A DNA stretch of 64,000 bases, taken from the NCBI GenBank assembly GCA_010909165.1, contig MU008187.1, positions 748,247-812,246 of the forward strand, written 5' to 3'. A model generated the notes under the pieces. The model was given only the letters and a program-made list of their open reading frames with translations, was not told the DNA's origin and did no database searches. The position numbers and the translations under genes are program-made. The DNA is from Anthoceros angustus (Eukaryota; Plantae; Anthocerotophyta). Positions 11,601 through 22,340 of the stretch are shown here, in pieces; position 1 is the stretch's first letter; each line of letters starts with the position of its first letter.

Positions 11601-14215
11601 TCACTTATCGTCGAAAGAGGGTTGCTGGGTGATATACCGGTGGGCAGCTCCCTGGTGGACATGTATGCAAAGTGTGGAGAAATGACAGATGCACGCCAGG
11701 TTTTTGACAGCTTACCCTCAAAGGATGTGGTGACATGGACGGCGCTGATTGCTGGATATGCACAGCAAGGACTAGGCCAAGAGGCGCTTGTTGTGTATGG
11801 ACAAATGGAACAGGAGGGTCTGATTGTAGCTAACCATATTACTTTTGCTTGCCTTCTGAAGGCCTGTGGAAGCACTGGTGCCTTGCAGAAGGGCAGGCAG
11901 CTGCACTCACAGATTGTCGAAAGAGGCCTGCTGGATGACAAACTGTTGGGCAGCTGCGTGGTCGACATGTATGCAAAATGTGGTGAACTGAAATATGCAC
12001 GCCAGGTTTTTGACAGCTTGGCCACAAAAGATGTGGTGACGTGGAATGCCCTGATGGCTGGGTATGCTCAGCAAGGGCTCGGACATGAAGCGCTTGTTGT
12101 GTATGAACAAATGGAGCTGGAGGGCCACAGCGTGGCTGACTACGTTACTTTTGCTTGCCTTCTAAAGGCCTGTGCAAGCACTGGTGCCTTACAGAAGGGG
12201 AGGCAGCTGCACTCGCTCATAGTCGAACGAGGACTGCTGGATAACGTAGTGGTGGGCAACTGCCTGGTGGACATGTACGCAAAATGTGGCGAACTGGAAG
12301 AGGCATGCCAGGTGTTTCACAGCTTGCCAACGAAGGATGTGGTGACATGGAACGCCCTGATAGCTGGGTATGCACAGCAAGGACTCGGCCAAGAAGCGCT
12401 TGTTCTGTCCGGACAAATGGAGCAAGATGGTCTACTTCCGGCTGACGATATTACATTTGCTTGCCTTCTAAAGGCCTGTGCAAGCACTGGTGCCTTACAG
12501 CAGGGCAGGCAGCTGCACTCAGAGCTTGTGGAAAGAGGCCTGCTGAACAACGTAGTGTTGGGCAATTGCCTGGTGGACATGTATGCAAAATGTGGTGAAC
12601 TGAAAGATGCACGCCAGGTTTTTGACGGCATGTACACAAAGGATGTGGTGACGTGGAATGCCCTGATATCTGGCTATGGTACTTGTGATGAAGGTCACAA
12701 GGCACTAGTTTGTTTTGAGGAGATGTTAGTTGCCGGTATTCAGCCTGATGATGCTACTTTACTTGCCTTTTAGCATGCAGTCATGAGGACTGGTTCACGA
12801 GGGTCGCAAGCATTTTGAAGCCATGGCTGAACAGCATGGCATCAAACCTACTATTGAGCATAAGGTTTGCATGATAGATCTTCTTGGGCGTGCAGGCCAT
12901 TTAGACGAGGCTGAGAAGATACTTTTGTCATCGGCGGGCCTAAGTAATGTTGTGGCCTTGAGGTCTTTGTTGAACGCCTGCAAAATTCACGGGGATATAG
13001 AAAGGGCAGAGTGGTGTTTTGAAAGCATTGTTAGGCTGGACCCTCAGCGGGCGTCTGCGTATGTGCTCATGGCCAATGCCTACGCAGATGCAGGTAGGTG
13101 GACGATGTAGACAGGATTGAAACACAGAGAGGGCAGGCAGCTGCACTCACAGATTGTGGAAGAGGACTGCTGGATAACGTAGTGGTGGGCAACTGCCTGG
13201 TGGACATGTATGCAAAATGTGGTGAACTGAAAGATGCACAGGTTTTTGACAGCATGAACACAAAGGATGTGGTGACATGGAATGCCCTGATATCTGGGTA
13301 TGGTACTTGTGATGAAGGTCACAAGGCACTAGCTTGTTTTGAGGAGATGTTAGTTGCCGGTATTCAGCCTGATGATGCTACTTTACTTGCCTTTTAGTAG
13401 CATGCAGTCATGAGGACTGGTCCACGAGGGTCGCAAGCACTTTGATTCCATGGCTGAACAGCATGGCATCAAACCTACTATTGAGCATTACAATTGCATG
13501 ATTGATCTTCTTGGGCGTGCAGGCCATTTAGATGAGGCAGAGAAGATGCTATTATCATGTGAGGCCAAAGTAATGTTGTGGGGTTGACGTCTTTGTTGAA
13601 TGCCTGCAAAAGTCACGGGGATATAGAAAGGGCAGAGTGGTGTTTTGAAAGCATTGTTAGGCTGGACCCTCAGCGGGCGTCTGCGTATGTGCTCATGGCC
13701 AATGCCTACGCAGATGCAGGTAGGTGGGCCGATGTAGACAGGATTGAAAGACAGAGAAAGGTAGCAGGAGCTAACAAGAAACCTGCAGTGGCGACCATCG
13801 AGTTGAATAAGCAGGTACATAGATTTCTGGTGGGAGAAAGAAGAGATGATCTTGCGCATGTATGCAAAATGTGGTGAACTGGAAGATGCACGCCAGGTTT
13901 TGACAGCACAAATGCACGTCTGAAGCAGGAAGGAGGCCACGTACCTCACACAAAGTTGGTGTTGAAGCCACTGTCTGAGAAGGAAAAGGAAGATGCGCTT
14001 TGTGGGCATGCTGAGAAGCTAGCTCTGGCGTTTGGTCTCTTGAACACTCCGAGTGGGACACCTCTGGTGGTAACGAAGAATCTACGCATGTGCAGTGACT
14101 GCCACAGTTCCACGGAGATCATGTCAAGGCTTGAACAGAGAGACATTGTTGTAAGGGATGGGTACCGTGTGCATCGATTCAGCTGGTTGTTGCAGTTGTA
14201 AGGGGTCGACCGTGA
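8603..14215 (+). CDS. PDF-PLS-PPR-E-DYW:KP (GRP-type) gene(s); two or three fused or partial copies, frameshifted
   Basis: ORF 8603..9217 (PDF), 9069..9779, 10881..12773 (630 aa of uninterrupted PPR motifs), 13578..13877 (E, KPAVATIE) and 13956..14201 (HAEKLA, CSDC). Stop after GRP-like codons at 14213-14215. Confidence 0.8.
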
Positions 14216-14611
14216 GAATAATGAAGGCCACGTACCTCACACAAAGTTGGTGTTGAAGCCACTGTGTGAGAAGGAATGCCCTGATTGCTGGGTATGCTCA
14301 TGGTGCTCTCCTTCCAAGTCAGCTCTCCGGATAAGCCTGAACCTGGCAACAATTTTTCTGGACCCTACCATGTGGTGGGCAACTGCCTGGTGGACATGTA
14401 TGCAAAATGTGGTGACATGGAATGCCCTGATATCTGGGTATGGTACTTGTGATGAAGGTCACAAGGCACTAGCTTGTTTTGAGGAGATGTTAGTTGCCGG
14501 TATTCAGCCTGATGATGCTACTTTGCTTGCCTTCTGAAGGCCTGTGGACCTACCTGGGCATCCTGGCATAGTCTGTTGTTAGACTCATCTTCCGACAGCG
14601 GCCCCTGAACG

Positions 14612-15260
14612 ATGGCCACAGTATGGCAACCGGACCCGTTGTGGACCCAACAAATTGGTGTGAGTACAGGGATTCTACGAGGAGCTCCCGCTCACCTCAT
14701 CGTAGGGAGTCAACCCCTGGCAAACAAAGTTTGCAGGTGCAGCAGCGTAAGGAGCCCAGCACTTACACGTCCGAGAAAATTTGTGGGCGGGCACGGGATT
14801 TCCAACGATGGTCGTCGCCAGGAGCAGGAACACTTGTGGCAACAATTTTTTCTGGACCCAACCATGTGGTGGGACAACAGACGAGATAAGAAGAGCTCCC
14901 GTTCGCCTGACTTCCGGCGTAAGGGGTCCGGCGAGGTCCTGTGGTTAAACAACATGTTTAAGCCAGCTTGGGTTGATGAGCAGCTCGTTTCCTTGGATAT
15001 GCAGATGGGTCATGGTGCTCTCCTTCCAAGTCAGCTCTCCGGATAAGCCTGAACCTGGCAGGCGTGCAGGATCGGAAATGGGCGTCGTAACGGCTGGAAC
15101 CGTGAGCATGTTATGTCAGCAGGGAAGCTTTCTGAGGCCGTTGGAGCCCTGGAATCTCTGGCGCAGACAGACTCTGCTATTCTCAGTCTCTGTTTTACAC
15201 TGTGCTAAAACTGTGTACAGCTAAGAAGGATTTGGTTGTGGGGCGACGAGTTCATGATCT
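14612..15260 (+). other. Isolated N-terminal fragment (transit peptide, PDF motif, first PPR motifs) within mosaic sequence
   Basis: ORF 14612..15046 [11 protein letters not shown]...[19 protein letters not shown]; jumps to DYW-end sequence at about 15260. Confidence 0.7.
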
Positions 15261-15882
15261 CATGTCAAGGCTTGAACAGAGACATTGTTGTAAGGGATGG
15301 GTACCGTGTGCATCGATTCGCAGCTGGTTGTTGCAGTTGTAAGGGTCGACCGTGAGAAAAAGCGAGTTCTCAAAGTGTTTTTCTGGACCCTACCATGTGG
15401 TGGGCAACTGCCTGGTGGACATGTATGCAAAATGTGGTGACATGGAATGCCCTGATAGCTGGGTATGCACAGCAAGGACTCGGCCAAGAGGCGCTTGTTC
15501 TGTATGGACAAATGGAGGAGGCCATACAACTGTACCATGAGATGATGAAATCCCATCTACCCCGACACGGAAGGGATCAACCCTCTGGAGAACACAAAGG
15601 ATGTGGTGACATGGAATGCCCTGATAGCTGGGTATGCAAAATGTGGTGACATGGAATGCCCTGATTGCTGGGTATGCACAGCAAGGACTCGGCCAAGAGG
15701 CGCTTGTTCTGTATGGACAAATGGAGCAGGAGCACTTGTGGCAACAATTTTTCTGGACCCTACCATGTGGTGGTGTGGTCATCCTTCATGGTAGTGTGGT
15801 CATACAAACCTGGACATTTAGTATCATTTTTTTTAGTCCATTGTCTTAGTTAGCCTCGTGTTCCGACAGCGGTCCCTGAAAA

Positions 15883-18800
15883 ATGGCCACAGTATGTCAA
15901 CCGGACCCGTTGTGGAGCCAACAAATTGGTGTGTACCCAGGGACTCTACGAAGAGCTCCCGCTCCGCTCACTGTAGGGACTCAACCCCTGGCAAAAGAAG
16001 CCTTCAAGTGCAGCAGTGTGAGGAGCCCAGCACTCTCACATCCGAGAAAATGTGTGGGTGGGGACGGGATTTCGAACGGTGGTCGTCGCCAGGAGCAAGA
16101 GCAACTGTGGCAACAATTTTTTCTGGATCCCACCATGTGGTGGGACAACAGACGGGACAAGAAGAGCTCCCGTTCGCCTGACTTTCGGCGTAAGGGGTCC
16201 GGCGAGGTCCTGTGGCTGAACAGCGTGTTCAAGCCAGCTTGGGTTGATTTGCAGCTCGTGTCCTTGGATATACAGGTGGGTTATGGTGGCTCTCCTTCCA
16301 AGTCTAGCTGTCCGGATAAGCCTGAAGCTGGGACGGGTGCACGCGCGGAAACGGGCGTCGTAACGGTTGGCACCGTGAGCATGTTATGTCAGCAGGGGAA
16401 CCTTTCTGAGGCCGTTGGAGCCTTGGAATCTCTGGCGCAGGTAGATTCTGCTATATCTCAGTCTCTATTTTGCACTGTGCTAAAACTGTGTACAGCTAAG
16501 GGGGATTTGGTTGTGGGGCGACGAGTTCATGATCTCTGTCAAACTTGGGTACGAGTCGAATGCATACATGGGGAACCATATCTTGCGCATGTATGCATGT
16601 GGAGGTAGGCTACAGGAGGCCATGGATGTGTTCACCAGGGTGGGCAAACCAGATGCCTTCATGTGGTCCTCCATAATCTCCGCATACGCTAAGCATGGGA
16701 AACCTAAGGAGGCCATACAACTGTACCATGAGATGCGTAGGTCAGGAGTGAAGGCGGATGCTCACGTCTTTGTAGCTGCCCTTCAGGCTTGTGCGTTTGC
16801 CTCCGACTTGGAATCTGGCAGAAAAGTGCACTGTGATGTGTTGCACAGTGGCATTCCTACTAACTTGTTTGTTGGCTGCCTGGTGGACATGTATGCAAAA
16901 TGTGGTGAACTGAAAGATGCACGCCAGGTTTTGACAGCATGGCCACAAAGGATGTGGTGACATGGAATGCCCTGATTGCTGGGTATGCAGCAAGGACTCG
17001 CCAAGAGGCGCTTGTTGTATGGACAAATGGAGCAGGAGGGCCTCATTTTGGCTAACCATGTTACTTTTGCTTGCCTTCTGAAGGCCTGTGCAAGCACTGG
17101 TGCCTTACAGAAGGGCAGGCAGCTGCACTCACAGATTGTTGAAGAGGACTGCTGGATGACATACTGGTGGGCAACTGCCTGGTGGACATGTATGCAAAAT
17201 GTGGTGAACTGGAAGATGCACGCCAGGTTTTGACAGCATGGCCACAAAGGATGTGGTGACATGGAATGCCCTGATTGCTGGGTATGCACAGCAAGGACTC
17301 GGCCAAGAGGCGCTTGTTCTGTATGGACAAATGGAGGAGGGCCTCATTTTGGCTGACCATGTTACTTTTGCTTGCCTTCTGAAGGCCTGTGCAAGCACTG
17401 GTGCCTTACAGAAGGGCAGGCAGCTGCACTCAGATTGTGGAAGAGGACTGCTGGATAACGTAGTGGTGGGCAACTGCCTGGTGGACATGTATGCAAAATG
17501 TGGTGAACTGGAAGATGCACGCCAGGTTTTGACAGCATGAACACAAAGGATGTGGTGACATGGAATGCCCTGATAGCTGGGTATGCACAGCAAGGACTCG
17601 GCCAAGAGGCGCTTGTTGTGTATGGACAAATGGAGCAGGAGGGCCTCATTTTGGCTAACCATGTTACTTTTTGCCTTCTGAAGGCCTGTGCAAGTACTGG
17701 TGCCTTACAGAAGGGCAGGCAGCTGCACTCACTGATTGTCGAAAGAGGACTGCTGGATAACGTACTGGTGGGCAACGGCCTGGTGGACATGTATGCTAAA
17801 TGTGGTGAACTGGAAGAAGCACACCAGGTTTTTGACAGGATGAACACAAAGGATGTGGTTACATGGACTGCCCTGATAGCCGGATATGCACAGCAAGGAC
17901 TCGCCAAGAGGCGCTTGTATGGACAAATGGAGCAGGAGGGCCTCATTTTGGCTGACCATGTTACTTTTGCTTGCCTTCTGAAGGCCTGTGCAAGCACTGG
18001 TGCCTTACAGAAGGGCAGCTGCACTCACAGATTGTCGAAAGAGGACTGCTGGATAACGTAGTGGTGGGCAACTGCCTGGTGGACATGTATGCAAAATGTG
18101 GTGAACTGGAAGATGCACGCCAGGTTTTGACAGCATGGCCACAAAGGATGTGGTGACATGGAATGCCCTGATATCTGGGTATGGTACTTGTGATGAAGGT
18201 CACAAGGCACTAGCTTGTTTTGAGGAGATGTTAGTTGCCGGTATTCAGCCTGATGATGCTACTTTACTTGCCTTCTAGTAGCATGCAGTCATGAGGACTG
18301 GTCCACGAGGGTCGCAAGCACTTTGATTCCATGGCTGAACAGCATGGCATCAAACCTACTATTGAGCATTACACCTGCATGATTGATCTTCTTGGGCGTG
18401 CAGGCCATTTAGATGAGGCAGAGAAGATGCTATTATCATGTGAGGCCAAAGTAATGTTGTGGGGTTGACGTCTTTGTTGAATGCCTGCAAAAGTCACGGG
18501 GATATAGAGAGGGCGATGTGGTGTTTTGAAAGCATTGTTAGGCTGGACCCTCAGGCGTCGCATGTGCTCATGGCCAATGCCTACGCAGATGCAGGTATGT
18601 GGAGCGATGTAGACAGGATTGAAACACAGAGAATGGTAGCAGGAGCTAACAAGAAACCTGCAGTGGCGACCATTGAGGTGAAGAAGCAGGTACATACGTT
18701 TTCGGTGGGAGAAAGAAGAGACGATATTGCGCTAAAGGTAGAGAGCACGAATGCACGTCTGAAGCAGGAAGGAGGTCACGTACCTCACACAAAGTTGGTG

Positions 18801-19055
18801 TTGAAGCCACTGTCCGAGAAGGAAAAGGAAGATGCGCTTTGTGGGCATGCTGAGAAGCTAGCTCTGGCGTTTGGTCTCTTGAACACTCCGAGTGGGACAC
18901 CTCTGGTGGTAACGAAGAATCTACGCATGTGCAGTGACTGCCACAGTTCCACGGAGATCATGTCAAGGCTCGAAGAGAGAGACATTGTTGTAAGGGATGG
19001 GTACCGTGTGCATCGATTCGCAGCTGGTTTTTGTAGTTGTAAGGGTCGACCGTGA
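15883..19055 (+). CDS. PDF-PLS-PPR-E-DYW:KP (GRP-type) protein, putative U-to-C editing factor; frameshifted in the repeat array
   Basis: ORF 15883..16608 has PDF plus first PPRs in one frame. ORF 18459..19055 has E2 plus the complete KP domain ending CSCKGRP*. Confidence 0.88.
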
Positions 19056-20069
19056 GAATAGTGAGGAACTAGCCAAGTGTATGTCAGAGAACATTGCTTC
19101 TGAGGTGAACGTGGTTGCTTAACTCCATCCCTGTCCAAACCGAGACATGGAGATGGTTGGCTAGCTCGCATGCCTTTGGGGGCGGGCCCGATTCCAGCTC
19201 CGAAGGCTGGAAGGGAGTGGCGTGCATTCCTTCCGGCGGTGAGGTTGCGACGCTGTGAACATCCAGTCTCGGTGTTTTGCACATGGCGCTGCAGCTGCAG
19301 GGCGACAGCAGCGGTGTTGGATGTGTCTCGCATATCACCCGGAAGGAGAGCTTTACTTCTGTATATGTGTAAGGAAGGGTCTGTTGCCAGCTGTTGTCGA
19401 TTGGCTCGTTCTGATGTTGTCCTCCACAGAGTATGCGATAGGGACGACGGGACGCAAAGGAACGACTTGAACGGGAGAAGCAACTCCGTTTACCTTATCC
19501 AGGAGGGTCAGGAGGATGACATGGAGATGGCTGGAAGTGCAGCGTTGGACCGTCTTCGTGAGTTGCAGCCCTGTACATTGCCAATATTGCTGGAGCGTAT
19601 GCAGGTATGAGGCTTGCGAATCACAGCGGAAGGCTCGCAGCCCTTCTCTCTATGTTTACTTCCATCTCACGAAAAGCCTGGAGGAGTTGCAGGATCGTTC
19701 TGTCTCCTGGCAGTTGCAGCGTAGGTAGCAGGAATGCATCACCACCAACACCCTAATCATCAAGCGAGAATCCCGTGCAGGCACAGCAATTATTCCTCGA
19801 AAATTCTGATCTCATCGATTCTTCATCGAGGATGACCCAAACATTTGCTCCAACAGTGAGTTCATCCTAGGTTCAATCAAGAATGGCTTGGGGAGGATGG
19901 TTTGTGACTTAACTTAACCTGGATTGCCGGCCGCTGAACTCCACGGCTCGCAGAACCCGGCCCCACAATGGCGGGTGCCCTATCCGTGTTTCGAGTTAAA
20001 CAGGATCAAAGGCCAGCCATTTGGCCGTTATTGTCCTGTGCAGTTTGATGGAAATACGAACACCACTCA

Positions 20070-20250
20070 TCACTCCCATTCAACAGTTGCAGGGGGCTTG
20101 GAGGTGATGTCATAAACAATCCGGTTGATGCCCCTCACTTTGTTGCAGATTTCTGAAGAGACCTGCGCCAAAAATTTGGATTCAAAATGGAACCAATTGG
20201 CGGTCATGCCGTCCTCGCTGGTGATCGCCCTCAGCGCCACGGCGTTGGAG
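20070..20250 (-). pseudogene. guaA: Duplicated 3' end of GMP synthase carrying the canonical C-terminus
   Basis: 20122-20250 matches 29110-29239; the minus strand continues [20 protein letters not shown] with the stop at 20070-20072. Confidence 0.85.
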
Positions 20251-20719
20251 CCTTGGAGGTCTGCGCCAAGCTCGTCACTGACCTCGGCTCTAACCCTAAC
20301 GCACCGGCACCGGCGTTGGAGCCTTGGAGGTCTGCGCCAAGCTCGTCACTGACCTCGGCTCTAACCCTAACGCACCGGGAAGGAGAAGCAGGTCCAGCGG
20401 CCCGATGGCCACGCCAGAGGCTGCCACCAGGTCTCAGCCTGCAGCCAGCAAAACCGTTACCCTGCTCCTCCGATGGGTCGCTCCAAGATCTCCTTGGCTC
20501 GCTTCTCGCGCTCCTCCTGCTCCTCCCTAGCCATGCGCTCCTCCTGGTCTGTATGGGCCTGTGCATACCCAGCAATCAGGGCATTCCATGTCACCACATT
20601 TTGCATACCCAGCAATCAGGGCATTCCATGTCACCACATTTTGCATACATGTCCACCAGGTCTCAGCCTGCAGCCAGCAAAACCGTTACCCTGCTCCTCC
20701 CTAGCCATGCGCTCCTCCT

Positions 20720-21060
20720 GGTCTGTGGTTTTGAGGGTTCAGGGTTTGAGGGTTCAGGTTGAGGGTTTAAGGGTTTGAGGGTTTAAGGGTTTGAGGGTTT
20801 AAGGGTTTGAGGTTCAGGTTGAGGGTTTAGGGTTTAGGGTTTAGGGTTTAGGGTTTGAGGGTTCAGGTTGAGGGTCTGTGGTTTTGAGGTCTGTGGTTTT
20901 GAGGTCTGTGGTTTTGAGGTTCAGGTTGAGGTTTTAGGGTTTTAGGGTTTAGGGTTTAGGGTTTAGGGTTTAGGGTTTAGGGTTTAGGGTTTTAGGGTTT
21001 AAGGGTTTGAGGTTCAGGTTGAGGGTCTGTGGTTTTGAGGTTCAGGTTGAGGTCTGTGGC
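20720..21060 (+). repeat. Interstitial telomeric array, (TTTAGGG)n mixed with variants (TTTAAGGG, TTTGAGGG, GGTTCAGGTTGAGG, GGTCTGTGGTTTTGA)
   Basis: Runs of TTTAGGG near 20826-20853 and 20934-21000. Confidence 0.9.
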
Positions 21061-21886
21061 CTGGGTTGTGACGGTAGCTTGGCCAGAGCGATGAGCTCAG
21101 GGTACTCGTGCGGCTCCGGGGCCAAGCCGGGGCATGGTGCCCGGGACGCACGCCACTATCTGCCTGGCCTGCAGCCCTCTGCTCCGGAGTCAGGGGAGGC
21201 TTGATCCCCAAAGACACAGTGGGCTGCACCCTCTCCCCGCGGAACCCACCGCCGGCTCGCCTCTCCTCCTCCCGCTTCTTGGCCAGAGCGATGAGCTCGG
21301 GGTACTCGTGCGGCTCCGGGGGCCAGGCGGGAGGGTAGGTTCCAGGAACGCACGCCACGATCTGCCGCGCCCGCTCCTCCCTAGCCATGCGCTCCTCCGG
21401 GGACATGACGGGCTTTGGAGGCACCTTGGCGCCCAGGGACACGGTGGGTTGAACTCTGTCGCGCCGCCCGCCGATGGGACTCTCCAATATCTCCTTGGCT
21501 CGCTTCTCGCGCTCCTCCTGCTCCTTGTCCTGCCGGGCCTTGGCGAGGGCGATGAGCTCGGGGTACTCGTCCGGCTCGGGGGGCCAAGCCGGGGGCATGG
21601 TGCCCGGGACGCACGCCACTATCTGCCTGGCCCTCTCCTCCCGAGCCATTCTCTCCTCGGGAGACATCACCGGCTTCGTCCCTGGCTTAGCTCCGAGCGA
21701 CACAGTCGGCTGCACCCTCTCCCGGTATCCTCCGATGGGTCGCTCCAAGATCTCCTTGGCTCGCTTCTCGCGCTCCTCCCTAGCCATGCGCTCCTCCCTA
21801 GCCATGCGCTCCTCCCTAGCCATGCGCTCCTCCCTAGCCATGCGCTCCTCCTGCTCCTCCCTAGCCATGCGCTCCTCCCTAGCCAT
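21014..21886 (-). CDS. Hypothetical highly repetitive charged, coiled-coil-like protein (MAREER hexapeptides plus larger internal repeats)
   Basis: 290-aa ORF. The larger repeats (...ERVQPTVSLG...ARQIVACVPGT.PPAWPPEP.EYPELIALAK) are conserved in protein while their codons diverge, which suggests a coding origin. Confidence 0.5.
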   Translation of the reverse strand: MAREERMAREEQEERMAREERMAREERMAREERMAREEREKRAKEILERPIGGYRERVQPTVSLGAKPGTKPVMSPEERMAREERARQIVACVPGTMPPAWPPEPDEYPELIALAKARQDKEQEEREKRAKEILESPIGGRRDRVQPTVSLGAKVPPKPVMSPEERMAREERARQIVACVPGTYPPAWPPEPHEYPELIALAKKREEERRAGGGFRGERVQPTVSLGIKPPLTPEQRAAGQADSGVRPGHHAPAWPRSRTSTLSSSLWPSYRHNPGHRPQPEPQNHRPST

Positions 21887-22025
21887 GCGCTCCTCCGATG
21901 GGTCGCTCCAAGATCTCCTTGGCTCGCTTCTCGCGCTCCTCCCTAGCTAAGGTGAATCAGACTAGAATGCCCTCAGGGAGCTACACTACGAATTGGGCCG
22001 GGCCACAGCCAAGTAGGTAACTCAC

Positions 22026-22105
22026 CTTCTTGTATCTATCATCCCACCACTGATTGGGATTGGAGAAAAACAGGCGCCAACGCTGCTCAACTCCGTCCCC
22101 TGACT
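22026..22105 (-). other. Orphan exon encoding the first half of an OSB-type PDF motif
   Basis: TTGCAG acceptor and GTGAGT donor bracket ESGDGVEQRWRLFFSNPNQWWDDRYKK. Confidence 0.55.
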
Positions 22106-22191
22106 CTGCAATGCAACAGCGGCGAAGCGAAACGTAAGTTTGCAGCAAAACCACAAGCAACCGAGCCCGCACGATCGAGCTTCATGCACAC

Positions 22192-22340
22192 GCACCGGCA
22201 CCGGCGTTGGAGCCTTGGAGGTCTGCGCCAAGCTCGTCACTGACCTCGGCTCTAACCCTAACGCACCGGCACCGGCGTTGGAGCCTTGGAGGTCTGCGCC
22301 AAGCTCGTCACTGACCTCGGCTCTAACCCTAACGCACCGG
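22192..22340. repeat. 71-bp tandem repeat (2 copies) containing TAACCCTAAC; further copies at about 20241-20358
   Basis: Unit starts at 22192 and 22263, with a partial third at 22334. Confidence 0.9.

Noticed and set aside
2824-18210. Many antisense and alternate-frame ORFs over the PPR arrays (e.g. 4732..5562, 11153..12025; also 62678..63568)
   Set aside because: Shadows of the repeated PPR coding strand with no independent motifs.
1986-19055. Calling the frameshifted PPR genes pseudogenes or programmed-frameshift genes
   Set aside because: Breaks are mostly 1-bp losses in short homopolymers confined to near-identical repeats, while unique genes and the diverged 796-aa PPR are clean. This pattern fits unpolished long-read error.
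19170-19610. 146-149-aa ORF repeated at 28147..28596
   Set aside because: Its conservation is explained by the segmental duplication; no recognisable domain.
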